Assembly: GCA_963822655.1 (NCBI GenBank) | Contig: CAWGIJ010000008.1 | Coordinates: 9,337-73,336, forward strand | Origin: an uncultured Actinomycetota bacterium | GTDB taxonomy: Bacteria > Actinomycetota > Actinomycetes > Mycobacteriales > Mycobacteriaceae | DNA length: 64,000 nucleotides | Direction: 5' to 3' | In this document: positions 29,351-41,494 of the stretch, in pieces | Layout: every line of letters starts with the position of its first letter | Position numbering within the stretch: the first letter of the stretch is position 1 | Made by a program: the position numbers and the translations under genes | The notes under the pieces: model-generated | Databases searched by the model: none | Seen by the model: the letters and a program-made list of their open reading frames with translations, nothing else | What the model was told of the DNA's origin: nothing

Positions 29351-32300
29351 ATGATGGCACTCCACGTCCACCGTGCCGAGCGCACCGACCTGCTCGCCGA
29401 CGGGCTGGGCGCCTGCTGGCCAAGCCGCTGCCGACCCGTTCGCGGAGGAGCTGGTCCTGGTGCCGGCGCGCGGCGTCGAGCGCTGGCTGAGCCAGCGGCT
29501 GTCGCACGTCCTGGGCGCCGGCGGCAGCGGCGACGGCGTCTGCGCGGGAGTCGCGTTCCGCAGCCCGGGCTCGCTGATCGCGGAGATCACCGGCACCGCC
29601 GACGACGACCCGTGGTCGCCGGACGCCATGGCGTGGCCGCTGCTCGAGGTGATCGACGCGTCGCTCGACGAGCCGTGGTGCCGCACCTTGGCCACGCACC
29701 TCGGCCACTTCGACGCCGGCGAGGAGGCCGAACTGCGCCGGGGCCGGCGCTACGCCGTGGCGCGGCGCCTGGCCGGGCTGTTCGCGTCCTACGCCCGGCA
29801 ACGCCCGCAGCTGCTCGTCGACTGGCTCGACGGCAACCACCGGGGCCTCGACGCCGACCTGCACTGGCAGCCCGAGCTGTGGCGCGCGCTCGTCGACGCG
29901 CATGCACGCCGACCCCCCGCACATCCGGCAGCAGAAGACCGTTGCGCGGCTGCAGGAAGGGCCGACCGACCTGCCCGCAGCGGCTGTCGCTGTTCGGGCA
30001 CACCCGGCTGGCCTGCACCGAGATCGAGCTGCTGCAGGCGCTGGCCACCCACCACGACCTGCATCTGTGGCTGCCCCACCCCAGCGACGACGCTGTGGCA
30101 CGAGCTCGGCCGGCCAGCACGGCGCCGTCCCCCGTCGCGACGACACCAGCCACCGCGAGGTGGACCATCCGCTGCTGGCCACGCTCGGGCGCGACCTGCG
30201 CGAACTGCAGCGCAGCCTGCCGCCGGATCTGCAGACCGACGAATACCTGCGCGACGCGAGGACCGCGCGACACGCTGCTCGGCTGGCTGCAGTCCGACAT
30301 CGCCGCCAATGCCGTTCGGCCGCAGGGCCGTACGCTCGCGCCGGATGACCGCTCGGTTCAGGTGCACGGCTGCCACGGCCCGGCCCGCCAGGTCGACGTG
30401 CTGCGCGAGGTGCTGCTCGGCCTGCTCGCCGACGACCCGACGCTGGAGCCGCGCGACATCCTGGTGATGTGCCCGGACATCGAGACCTACGCGCCGCTGA
30501 TCGACGCCGACTTCGGGCTCGGCGACGTGGTGCACGGCGCGCACCCGGCCCACCGGCTGCGGGTGCAGCTCGCCGACCGCTCGCTGGTCCAGACCAACCC
30601 GCTGCTCGGCGTCGCCTCGCAGCTGCTGGCGCTGGCCGGCAGCCGGGTGACCGCCAGCGAGGTGCTCAACCTCGCCGCAGGCCGCGCCGGTGCGCGCCCG
30701 CTTCGGCTTCACCGACGACGACCTGGAGACGATCACCCGCTGGGTCCGGCAGGCCAACATCCGCTGGGGCTTCGACCAGGAACACCGGCAGCCGTATCGG
30801 CGTCGACTTCGTCCACAACACCTGGCGTTTCGGCATCGACCGGGTCCTGGCCGGCGTCGCGATGTCCGACGACGCGCACGCCTGGATCGGCTCCACGCTG
30901 CCGCTCGACGACGTCGGCAGCAACCGCGTCGAGCTGGCCGGCCAGCTCGCCGAGTTCGTCGACCGGCTGCAGCGGGCCGTCGACTCGCTGACCGGCGCCC
31001 AGCCGTTGAGCGACTGGCTGCAGCGCGCTGACCGACGGCATCGCCGCGCTGACCCGGATCAGCGACGCCGACGCCTGGCAGACCAGCCAGATGGAGCGCG
31101 AGTTCGCAGAGTGCTCGCGAGCAGGCCGGCTCTCGCGCCGACACGTCGCTGCGGCTGCCCGACATCCGGGCGCTGCTCGACCGGCACCTCGCCGGCCGGC
31201 CGACCCGGGCCAACTTCCGCACCGGCACGCTGACGGTGTGCACGATGGTGCCGATGCGGTCGGTGCCGCACCGGGTGGTGTGCCTGGTCGGCCTCGACGA
31301 CGGCGTGTTCCCGCGGCTGGGCGTCGTCGACGGCGACGACGCGCTGGCCCGCGACCCGATGACCGGCGAGCGCGACATCCGCTCCGAGGACCGGCAACTG
31401 CTGCTCGACGCGATCGGGGCGGCCACCGAGAAGCTGGTCATCACCTACACCGGCGCCAACGCAATACTCCGGTCAGCCCCGCCCGCCCGCGGTGCCGCTG
31501 GCCGAACTGCTCGACGCCCTCGACGCCACCACGCCGGAGAAGCGTCCGCGACCGGATCGTCGTCGAACATCCGTTGCAGCCGTTCGACATTCGCAACGTC
31601 ATGCCCGGCGAGCTGGTGCCCGACGTGCCGTTCACCTTCGACCCGACCGTCGCTGCGGGCGGCGAGGGCCAGCACCGGCGAGCGCTCGCGCGCAGCCGAA
31701 GTTCATCTCCGGCCCGCTGCCGGCGCCACGCCGCCGAGGACGTCGTCCTCGCCGACCTGATCGGGTTCTTCAAGGACCCGGTCAAGGGCTTCTTCCGGGC
31801 GCTGGACTACACGCTGCCGTGGGACGTCGACGGCGTCGACGACGCGATGCCCGTCGACATCGACGCCCTCGAGCAGTGGTCGGTCGGCGACCGGATGCTC
31901 GGCGACATGCTGCGCGGCATGACCGCCGACGAAGCGCGCCAGGCCGAGTGGCGCCGCGGCACGCTGCCGCCGGGGCAGCTGGGCTGGCGCAAGGCCACCG
32001 AGATCCGCGACCAGGCCAACGCTGCTGGCGCCGACGGCGCAGCAGTACCGCAAACGCCGAGCCGGAGGCCTACGACGTCGACATCGACCTCGGCGGCGGG
32101 CGGCGCCTGACGGGCACGGTGGCGCCGGTGTTCGGCGACCGCCTGGTGTCGGTCACCTACTCCAAGCTGGACGGCAAGCATCTGCTCGCGTCGTGGATTC
32201 CGTTGCTGGCGTTGTTCGCTCGTCATCCCGGCACCGACTGGTCGGCGGTGTGCATCGGGCGGCCGAAGCGAGGCACGCACGCCGCGGGTGGAGGCGCTCG

Positions 32301-32656
32301 GCCGCCCGGACGGTGACGCCGTCGAGGTGCTGCGCGAGCTGGTGGCGATCTACGACGCGGGCCGCCGCGAGCCGCTGCCGCTGCCGATCAAGACGTCCTA
32401 CGCCTGGGCGGTGCGCGCGCTACGAGGGCGACGACCCGGAGCAGGAGGCCGCCGAGTTCCGGTGGAAGGCGGGCATGTATCCCGGCGAGGACAAGCACCG
32501 GCGCACGTGCGGGCCTGGGGCGACAACGCGCGGCTGTCCGATCTGATGCAGCCGCTGCGGCCGGGCGAGGAGTTCGACGGCGAAGACAACCGGCTCGGCG
32601 CCTACGCCGCGCGGCTCTGGCTGCCGATGCTGCGCGCCGAGAGGATCGCCGCCTGA
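29351..32656 (+). pseudogene. recC: Exodeoxyribonuclease V gamma subunit, heavily frameshifted
   Basis: ALHVHRAERTDLLADGLG, FAEELVLVPARGVERWLSQRLSHVLG, FGHTRLACTEIELLQALATHHDLHLWLPHPS, VQVHGCHGPARQVDVLREVLLGLLADDPTLEPRDILVMCPDIETYAPLI, TVCTMVPMRSVPHRVVCLVGLDDGVFPR and LGAYAARLWLPMLRAERIAA are all present but spread over all three frames. I follow roughly 15-20 frame changes. Confidence 0.9.
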
Positions 32657-35600
32657 TGGACCGTTTCGACCTGCTCGGCCCGCTGCCCGACCGAACGCTC
32701 CACCACCGTGCTGGAGGCCAGCGCGGGCACGGGCAAGACGTTCGCGCTGGCCGGCCTGGTGACGCGCTACGTCGCCGAGGGCGTGGCGACGCTGGACCAG
32801 ATGCTGCTCATCACGTTCGGCCGGGCGGCCAGCCAGGAGCTGCGCGAGCGGGTGCGCCGCCAGATCGCCGACGCGGTAGCCGCTTTCGACGATCCCGTCG
32901 CGCGTCGGCGACAACCAGCTGGTGCAGTGCCTGCTCGACGGGCCCGACGACGAGCGCGCGACCGCGCGAGCAGCGGCTGCGCGACGCGCTGGCGGGCTTC
33001 GACGCGGCGACGATCGCCACCACGCACCAGTTCTGCCAGCTGGTGCTGAAGTCGCTCGGCGTGGCCGGCGACACCGACGTCCCGCGTCACCCTGGTGGAG
33101 AGCCTCGACGATCTGACCACCGAGATCGTCGACGACCTCTACCTCGGCCCACTTCGGCCAGCAGCGCGACGATCCGGTGCTGCAGCTACGGCCGCCGCGC
33201 TCAAGCTGGCGCGCGAGGTGGTCGGCAACCCGGCCGCCGAGCTGCGGCCCCGCGACGCCGCAACCCGACTCGACGGCCGCGGTCCGCGTCGACTTCGCGA
33301 AAGACGTTCTGGCCGAACTGGAAACCCGCAAGCGACGGCTCGGCGTCCTCGGCTACGACGACCTGCTGACGCCGGCTGGCCGACGCGCTGGACGCCGACG
33401 ACTCCCCCGCGCGGCAACGGATGCACCAGCGCTGGCCGATCGTCATGGTCGACGAGTTCCAGGACACCGACCCCGTGCAGTGGCAGGTGATCGACCGCGC
33501 GTTCAGCGGCCGCTCGACGGTGATCCTGATCGGCGATCCCGAAGCAGGCGATCTACGCCTTCCGCGGCGGCGACATCGTCACCTACCTGGAGGCGGCCGA
33601 AGACCGCCGGCGAGCAAGAAGACGCTCGGCACCAACTGGCGCAGCGACAGCGCGCTGCGTCGACCGGCTGCAGGGCGTGCTGCGCGGCGCTCAACTCGGC
33701 GACCCGACGATCGTCGTGCACGACGTCGAGGCGCCATCACCGAGGCCACCGGCTGGCGGGCGCCCCGCACAACGAGCCGTTCCGGCTGCGGGTCGTGCAG
33801 CGAGAGACGTTGGGCCGCAGAGGAATTCAGAACGTGCCCATCGGCACGATCTGCGCGAGCACATCGGCGCCGACCTCGCCGCCGACATCCGCGCACTGCT
33901 GGCCAGCGGTGCGACGTTCGACGGCGAGCCGCTGCGGGCCCGCGACATCGCGGTGATCGTGGAGACGGCACCGCGACGCCGACGTGTGCTTCCAGGCGCT
34001 GTGCGATGCGGGCATCCCGGTCGGTGTACACCGGCGACTCCGACGTGTTCGCCTCCGAGGCGGCCGGCGACTGGCTGTGCCTGCTGGAGGCGTTCGACCA
34101 GCCGCACCGCGCCGGGGATGGTCCGCGCGGCCGCGGCGACGATGTTCTTCGGCGAGACCGCCGAGACACTTGGTCGCCGGCGGCGACGCGCTGACCGATC
34201 GGATCGCCGAGACGTTGCGGGAGTGGGCCGCGTCACGCCCGGGAACGCGGCGTCGCCGCGATCTTCGAGGCCGCGCAGCTGCGCGGGATGGGCGACCGCG
34301 TGCTGTCGTGGCGACGACGGCGAGCGGCACATGACCGACCTGGCGCACATGACCCAGCTGCTGCAGGACGTCGCGCACCGCGAGCGACTGGGCCTGCCCG
34401 CGCTGCGCGACTGGCTGCGCAAGCAACGCGACGACCGCAGCGGTGCCACCGAACGCAACCGCCGGCTGGACAGCGACGCCGCGGCGGTGCAGATCATGAC
34501 GGTGTAGGTGAGCAAGGGCCTGCAGTACCCGATCGTCTACCTGCCGTTCGCGTTCAACCGCAACGTGCAGGAGCACGACCTGGTGCTGTTCCACGACGGA
34601 CGGCGTGCGCTGCCTGTACGTCGGCGGCAAGGACGGCCCGGCTATCGCGCAGGCCAAACAGCAGGGCCGCGAGGAGGACGCCGGCGACGACAGCCGACTG
34701 ACCTACGTCGCGATGACGCGCGCGCAGTCGCAGGTGGTGGCGTGGTGGGCGCCGGCCCGCGACGAGCCCAACGGCGGCCTGTCGCGGCTGCTGCGCGGCC
34801 GTCGGCCCGGCGAGCCACAGGTGCCCGAACGGTGCGCTCCCGCCGAAGATCACCGACGACGACGCGCTGGCCCGGCTGCAGGAGTGGGAGGCCGCCGGCG
34901 GGCCGGTGATCGAGAAGTCGGTGGTGGCCGCGGCGCCGCCGGTGCCTGCCGAGCCGGCGCCGACGGACCTGGACGTCCGGCACTTCCACCGCGGCATCGA
35001 CACCACGTGGCGGCGCACGTCGTACTCGGGCCTGATCCGGGTCGCCGAGACGGTCGGCGTCGAGCAGCGAGCCGGAGGTCGTCGAGCTGGACGACGAGGT
35101 CGGCGACATCCCGCTGACCGAGAGCGCATCCGGGCCCGCACGTGCCGTCGCCGATGGCCGACGTTGCCGAAGGGCGCGACGTTCGGCACGCTGGTGCACG
35201 CGGTGCTGGAGACCGCCGATCCGTTCGCCGCGGATCTGGCTGCCGAGCTGGAGGCTCACGCAGCCGCGAGCTGATCTGGTGGTCGGTGGACGTGCCGGCC
35301 GCCGACCTGGCGGCGGCGCTGGTGCCGATGCACGACACGCCGCTCGGTCCGCTCGCGGGCGGCCTGACGTTGCGCCAGATCGGCCTGCGAGACCGGTTGC
35401 GGGAGTTGGACTTCGAGATCCCGCTGGCCGGTGGCGACGTGCGCGGCGCCGCGCCGAATGTGTCGGTGCGCCGACGTCGGCGAGTTGTTGCGCGCAGTAC
35501 CTGTCCGCCGATGATCCGCTGGCGCCCTATGCCGATCGGCTGACGTCGGCCGCGCTGGGCAACCAGTCGCTGCGCGGGTACCTGACCGGCTCGATCGACG

Positions 35601-35960
35601 CCGTGCTGCGTCCTGCCCGATCAGCGCTACGTGGTGGTCGACTACAAGACGAACTGGCTCGGCGACAACGCCGCCGATTACGGCGCCCGCGCGGATGGCC
35701 GAGGCGATGCTGCACTCCGACTATCCGCTGCAGGCGCTGCTGTACACCGTTGTGCTGCATCGCTTTCTGCGGTGGCGGCTGCCGGGCTACGACCCGGCCG
35801 CCATCTCGGCGGGGTGCTGTATCTGTTCGTGCGCGGCATGTGCGGCGCGGAGACCCCGGTGATCGACGGGCAGCCGGCGGCGTGTTCGGCTGGCAGCCGC
35901 CCGCCGGACTGGTGCGTCGCGCTGTCGGATCTTCTCGACGAGGGAAGGCTGGCGGCGTGA
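32656..35960 (+). pseudogene. recB: Exodeoxyribonuclease V beta subunit, heavily frameshifted
   Basis: The ATG overlaps the recC stop (TGATG). LEASAGTGKTFALAGLVTRYV (Walker A), VMVDEFQDTDPVQWQVI, VILIGDP, SKGLQYPIVYLPFAF, LTYVAMTRAQSQVVAWW and the nuclease core GYLTGSIDAVL...VVVDYKTNWLG are each in different ORF-track fragments. Confidence 0.9.
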
Positions 35961-35971
35961 CTCGTTGACTG

Positions 35972-37707
35972 ATGTCGAGCTGGCCGGTCGGCGCGTCCGG
36001 CCTGTTGCAGGCGTTCAACGAGGCCGCGGTGCTCGATGTTGCGGACGTGCGCGTCGCGCAACGGCTCTGCTCCTCGGCAAGGAGTCCGACGAACGCGTGG
36101 CGCTGGCGGTCGCGCTGGTGGTGCGCGGGCTGCGCGGCGGGTCGGTCTGCATGGAGCTCGCGACCATCGCAGCCGACATCGGCGTCGACGACCTGCCGTG
36201 GCCGGCGTCTGACGGCTGGCTGGCGGCGGTGCGGGCCAGCCCGCTGCTCGGCCAGGTGCTACGTCTTTGCGACGAGCGATCTGCTCTACCTGGACCGGTA
36301 TTGGCGCGAGGAGCAGCAGGTCTGCGACGACCTGCTGGCGTTGCAGGTGTCCAAGCCGGTCGGCGATGTGCGCCGACATCGAGCGACTTTTCCCGGCCGG
36401 CTTCGAAGAGCAGCGCGAGGCCGCGGAAATTGCTCTGGCGCAACGGTCACGGTACTGACCGGCGGCCCGGGAACCGGCAAGACCACGACGGTCGCGCGGC
36501 TGCTGGCGCTGCTCGCCGGGCAGGCTGGTGCGTCCCGGCTGCGGATCGCGCTGGCGGCGCCGACCGGCAAGGCGGCCGCGCGGCTGCAGGAGGCCGTGCA
36601 GCTCGAGATGGCGACAAGCTGGACGCCGCCGATCAGGCGCGGCTCGGCGAGCTGCAGGCGACGACGCTGCATCGGCTGCTGGGCAGCAGGCCGGACACCT
36701 CGTCGCGGTTCCGGCACCACCGCGGCAACCGGTTGCCGCACGACGTCATCGTCGTCGACGAGACGTCGATGGTGTCGCTGACCATGATGGCCCGGCTGCT
36801 GGAGGCGGTGCGCCCGAGTCGCGCCTGATCCTGGTCGGCGATCCCGACCAGCTGGCGTCGGTGGAAGCCGGCGCGGTGCTGGCCGACCTGGTCGACGGCA
36901 TCTCGGCGCGCAGCGACATGCGGGTGGCGGCGCTGAAGACGTCGCACCGGTTCGGCGAGTCGATCGGCGCGCTGGCGTCGGCGATCCGCGACGGTGACGC
37001 CGACCGCGCGCTGGAGGTGCTGCGCGCCGGCGGTGAGCACATCGAGTGGATCGAAACCGACGACCCGTCTGCTGCGTTGCGTAAAGTGCTTGCTGCCGCA
37101 TGCGCTTGCGGCTGCGTGAGGCGGCGCATGCTCGGCGACGCGACGACGTGCGCTGGCGACGCTCGATGAGCACCGGCTGCTGTGTGCGCACCGACGCGGG
37201 CCGTACGGGGTGCAGCACTGGAATCGGCAGGTCGAGCGATGGCTCTCCGAGTCGACGGGCGAGCCGACCTGGTCGGAGTGGTATCCCGGGCGGCCGCTGC
37301 TGGTGACCGCCAACGACTACGGGCTCGGTCTGTACAACGGCGACACCGGCGTGGTCGATCAACCGGCCAGACGGGCTGCGCGCCGTCATCGCAGCCGCCG
37401 GCGGACCGCGGGAGTTCGCGACCAGCCGGCTGTCCGACGTCGAGACGATGCACGCGATGACGATCCACAAGAGCCAGGGCTCGCAGGCCGCCGAGGTGAC
37501 CGTGCTGATGCCGCCGAGGATTCGCGGCTGCTGACGCGGGAGTTGTTCTATACCGCGGTGACTCGAGCCAAGGCCAAGGTGCGCGTCGTGGGTACGGCGG
37601 ATTCCGTAGGGGCCGCAATCGAGCGGCAGGCGATTCGGGCATCGGGTCTAACAGAGAGGCTGCGTTCTTCTGCGGCAGGTCCTGGGTGGTCGGAGGCGGA
37701 TCGATGA
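35972..37707 (+). pseudogene. recD: Exodeoxyribonuclease V alpha subunit, heavily frameshifted
   Basis: [101 protein letters not shown] and LFYTAVTRAKAKV are split over many frame changes. Confidence 0.9.
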
Positions 37708-37909
37708 ATACGTCTGGATGCCGCCGTCAAAATCCGTTGGTCATGGGTTCGCGGAGGCCTTTAGCGACGTCCCCCGGCGGGAAACCTCCGGGCACTTGGC
37801 AGACCTTTGCGGCGGTCACCACAGTTGGCACAGGGCTTCACCCGCCTTGTAGGGGCCCCAACCCTGCTGGGCCCAATAAACTTGTTTGCCCGGGACGTCA
37901 GCGGAATTC

Positions 37910-38330
37910 TCAGTGGTCGTGCTCGAACAGGCTTCCGTCTGGCGCGTAGGTCTCGCACGACACCGAGGCGTGGAAACCTAGCGGTACGACGAGGTAATCA
38001 CCTCCGTTTGGAGGCACATTGACAAAGCTGCCCGGACAGCTCTCAGTACTGGTTGAGTACCAATCCGGAATTCAGTGCAGGCGCCGTCGCTGTTGGAAAC
38101 TTCGAACCTGCCACCTCCGACCGTATCGTGATCTCCAGCTGCATCCGGGGGGCAGCGCGATAGATTGCACCGTGGCCATCAGCATGAAATAGGCGCTCAA
38201 TCTGCGGATCAGACTTGCGCTGTGGCGAGTCACTGATTTGCGCGTAAACCCCACAATCAGCATCTTTGTAGCGACCAACTTGTCGTACGCTGGCCCGCGT
38301 CGCGACCCCGAACTCAGCTAAAGGCAGTAC
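37910..38330 (-). pseudogene. Possible decayed ORF of unknown function
   Basis: ...GVATRASVRQVGRYKDADCGVYAQISDSPQRKSDPQIERLFHADGHGAIYRAAPRMQLEITIRSEVAGSKFPTATAPALNSGLVLN, then a 1-nt frame change into STESCPGSFVNVPPNGGDYLVVPLGFHASVSCETYAPDGSLFEHDH, stop 37910-37912. No clear start and no family. Weak call. Confidence 0.25.
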
Positions 38331-38347
38331 TCCTGCTCCACGGAAGG

Positions 38348-38644
38348 TTAAGGGGATTTGACGCTTGGCCGTCCACCGATACCCTGCCGTTTGTACGACT
38401 CCCACTGGGCCACGCCGCCATGCCCGGAACAAGTTCCGCTGTGGTGACGGCTGTGCGAGTAGCTCCCGTCGCGGCACTGAGCTGACGAACCGCCTGAGCT
38501 AGTATCGGGCTTTTCAACGCAGCCCGGCTGCTCCTCGTCATATCCAGGCGGGCACTGCATAGCTGTCGGGCGCACGACAGGCCCGTCTGATGTCGGCGAA
38601 ACCGCCCAGATCAAAATCGGAAGCCCCGACCAACGCTGCACCAA
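38348..38644 (-). CDS. DUF3761-like Cys-rich small protein
   Basis: CRDGSYSHSRHHSGTCSGHGGVAQW matches the DUF3761 signature. The N-terminus and signal peptide are unclear, so it may itself be damaged. Confidence 0.5.
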   Translation of the reverse strand: MVQRWSGLPILIWAVSPTSDGPVVRPTAMQCPPGYDEEQPGCVEKPDTSSGGSSAQCRDGSYSHSRHHSGTCSGHGGVAQWESYKRQGIGGRPSVKSP

Positions 38645-38935
38645 ACACGCTTTCCTCCCCAGGTGATGTTCGCGATGGAGAAGCTGAGCGTGGCTTCAAG
38701 ACGCGCAGCAGCGTTCCCAAACTTTGGCTCGGTTTTCATCCGAACGGATGACCAAATCTGCCTTAGCGAGCCGCCCAGATTCAGCGCCAACGACCGACAG
38801 CGGTTTCTGGACGCCGAGACCTGGCAGACCAAGGCTGATGGCTGGTGGGTGTCAATGAAGCGAACCGCTTTGGTCGCAATATCTAGCGCTCGCGAGACAT
38901 CGAGCCGCCCACCCCAACCTTCAGTTGGCTGCAAT

Positions 38936-39385
38936 TCACAGTGGGGGCGGTTCAGGCGCCCGGGGAGCCGGTGCAGGGTCAGGCATGTGCCCTGGCTCGT
39001 CGGGGAGCACGGTGTCCTGGCGCACGACGTAAGATTCGTTGTCCGAGTCCTGCTCGGGGATGTTGCCGCCTGGGTAGTAGGTGCAGTTGGAGTAGTACTC
39101 ACCGCCGGAGCAGCTACTACTCGGATATGCGTAATGAGCCGGAACCCCGATGACACGCGTCCGCATCCAGGAGCCGTCCGGTCGGATTGGCCCGTCGCAG
39201 ATAAGTCGCTGCTTGCTGCCCAGGAAACCCCACGGCGCCAGGTTGCAGTTGACAGGAACAGGGTTGGGGTTGGCCATTGAGGGGGGCGCGAAGTCGGCCG
39301 TTAGCGTAACGAGCGCCGCTGCACATAGCAGGACTGTAAGAGCCGAATCCTCGGTCGGGTCATGATTTTTCCTTGGCTGTGGCAT
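38936..39385 (-). CDS. Secreted Cys-rich protein with a C-D-G-P motif (resembles mycobacterial CDGP-domain proteins)
   Basis: MPQPRKNHDPTEDSALTVLLCAAALVTLTADFAPPSMA (signal-like), then ...NCNLAPWGFLGSKQRLICDGPIRPDGSWMRTRVIG...SSSCSGGEYYSNCTYYPGG. Pro-rich tail. Confidence 0.5.
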   Translation of the reverse strand: MPQPRKNHDPTEDSALTVLLCAAALVTLTADFAPPSMANPNPVPVNCNLAPWGFLGSKQRLICDGPIRPDGSWMRTRVIGVPAHYAYPSSSCSGGEYYSNCTYYPGGNIPEQDSDNESYVVRQDTVLPDEPGHMPDPAPAPRAPEPPPL

Positions 39386-40059
39386 GAATAGAGCAGCTAA
39401 AAAATAAGGCGGCGGGGGGCCTTTCATCTATCAATCGTGAATCTAGAAAACAGAGGGGCTAATGGGGCGCCCGTGGCAACGATGGCCGCAACAATGTCGA
39501 CGTGCCACTCCCCAGGCCCACGCATTTCGACCCGGTCAGTACGGGCAGGTCACAGCTGCCGCGGGCAAACCGTTATGGCCGGGTTTAACGGCACTTGGTA
39601 AAGCTGGGCGGCACAGACCATTGAGTCACTAGGTGTTGGTGCGGCTACGCGCCGGGGTGGCTTCCAGAACACGACGCGTCAAACTGCCGCTTTAGAAAAT
39701 TACGAAAAAGACCGGGGACCAAGATAATTGGAGGAGCCGGTCGAGGCTCCGCTAGTCAAATCTTTCGCGATTCTGGCTGAAACTCCGATTATTCAGCGAC
39801 CCAGCGGCCGCCACGGCGTTGGGCGGCCTGGGTTGCCCCCGCCACGCCGTACGCGTCGCGTCGAACGGGTAGACGATTACACGGTGTCGCGGCTGTATTG
39901 GCGCGGCACCCGTGGGACCCGCGGCTTGACAGTTACCACTGAACGCAAGAACCCGTCCGGTCAACTTGGGAGGACGGTTTCATACTTGAGCGAACTCGCA
40001 AATGAGCAAATTGGCTGGAAACGCACGAGCCATTAGCGTAAATCTTTTATCGTCAGGGG

Positions 40060-41038
40060 ATGTGGAGCAAGGCTCGGCGAGTTGCCGCAGTGGCTTTGAC
40101 TTTTATTACACTAGCGCCAGCGAGTAGTGCCTGCGGTGGCTTTATTAACTCCCTACCTACCAGGACGGTCACGGCAACTGCAGCACCCACCACGACACCC
40201 ACCCCGTCAACGCAGGCCGCGATCCGCGCGTGGCACAACGCAGCCATTGCCGCTGCAAGAGATACACGAAGCAGCGGACAAGATCGTCAAGGCAGCGGAG
40301 GCTGTCGACCTCGTCGCCATGGGCATTGCCTGTCAGGAACAACACGACGCCGTCGATCAGGTTCAGGAGCACATGCCAAGCCCCGACCCAGATTTAACCG
40401 CCCAACTCCAGAAAGCTCTCAGCGACTATTCCACGGCCGCAGCGATCTGCACGACGGCGGTTGAAAACCGGAATCTCGATGACTTTGGACAAGCGACCAC
40501 CTTTGTCCGAGAGGCGAACACACACATGGACCAGGCCGCAAACATCTTAGCTAGCGATCTCGGTGAACCATCGAATTCGGCAGCGCCGCCTACTTTTTCA
40601 TCTCCGAGTGTTAGCGCGACAGCGGTAGATCCCGAGCAGGCCAGCATGCAACAGCTGCGGCAGCTCGCGAGTTCAGACCGTTCTTTCGTCCAAGCCAGTC
40701 TTGCCGATTGGTGGATCCCTCAACTCAGCTCGAAGCGTTCCTCGGAACCCTGGACTGTCGACCCAGAAAACGCTGTAATTTATGACCCTGGAAGGATCTT
40801 GCAGGAACATCAGCAGCTCCGTCAGAAATACCCCGGGATAGTACGTCTGCTGTGGTCGGGCGACTGGTCCACATTCTCCGCGTCGCCAAACTTCTGGGTC
40901 ACCGTTGTAGCGGAAACCTTTCCCGAGTCGGCCGGCGCCCTCGAGTGGTGCAGAAGCCAAGGTCTCGACTCCGATCATTGCGCCGCAAAGATCGTCAGCA
41001 CGACGCACCCTGTCGAGGGAAGTACCGACTACAACTGA
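40060..41038 (+). pseudogene. Lipoprotein with conserved actinobacterial C-terminal domain, frameshift near 40255
   Basis: AGGGGA precedes ATG 40060. MWSKARRVAAVALTFITLAPASSACGG is lipobox-like. ...AAIRAWHNAAIAA, then a frame change into QEIHEAADKIVKAAEAVDLVAMGIACQ... The C-terminus is DWWIPQLSSKR...LLWSGDWSTFSASPNFWVTVVAETF...ALEWCRSQGLDSDHCAAKIVSTTHPVEGST. Confidence 0.6.
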
Positions 41039-41494
41039 GAAGGAGAGAAGACCGAGGGTTTTGGTGCGTGGAGCTTTCGCGGTCACGCAGCCGTGGCCTT
41101 GGGCGCGGCGTGGCCGGCACCACGGGGTTGACGCGAATATGCAGTGCCCCAAGGATTTCCACAAAGCCGCGTCCTGCGATTTGCATCCCCTGGCCGGCGT
41201 GCAGGCCACTCAGCGCTTGGTACCGCTGCTGGGTGTGCAGATGGTTTCAGGTTCAGTGAGGACCCAACCGGTGGTCACAGCTGCCACGCGCGGGGTGGCG
41301 CCAAAATGGTCGACCAGGCTCCCCCGTCAGCAACACTGATCGCTTCGCGGTGGGAGTGACGCGATCATCAGAAGACATCTGTCCAAGCTAAGCCCTGCTC
41401 ATGACACGCTTGGCGCAGCCAGAGCTCGATAGCGACACGCAAGCCGCGTCCGGGTCGGCCGCAACGCCTGTAGCGCACCCACCGAGTTGACACA

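Noticed and set aside
38663-39280. 205-aa plus-strand ORF overlapping the CDGP-motif gene
   Set aside because: Its 3' two-thirds are antisense to a better-supported secreted-protein gene. Only the first 90 or so codons (38669-38930) might be real, and a minus-strand frame there has similar third-position GC. I left it unassigned and discuss it in the island finding.
39428-40059. Possible c-di-AMP (ydaO-type) or other riboswitch upstream of the lipoprotein gene
   Set aside because: Only loose fragments (CCGGGGACC, GGAGGAGCC, GCTAGTC) resemble the consensus. The paired pseudo-symmetric halves and the conserved ACGGGGA/CCGAA elements are not present in the right arrangement.
41250-41340. Minus-strand peptide SVLLTGEPG resembling the start of a P-loop (Walker A) ATPase
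   Set aside because: The GK[ST] that should follow is absent (it is followed by RPFWRH), the ORF is very short, and no further ATPase motifs follow in any frame. At best it is an unidentifiable remnant.
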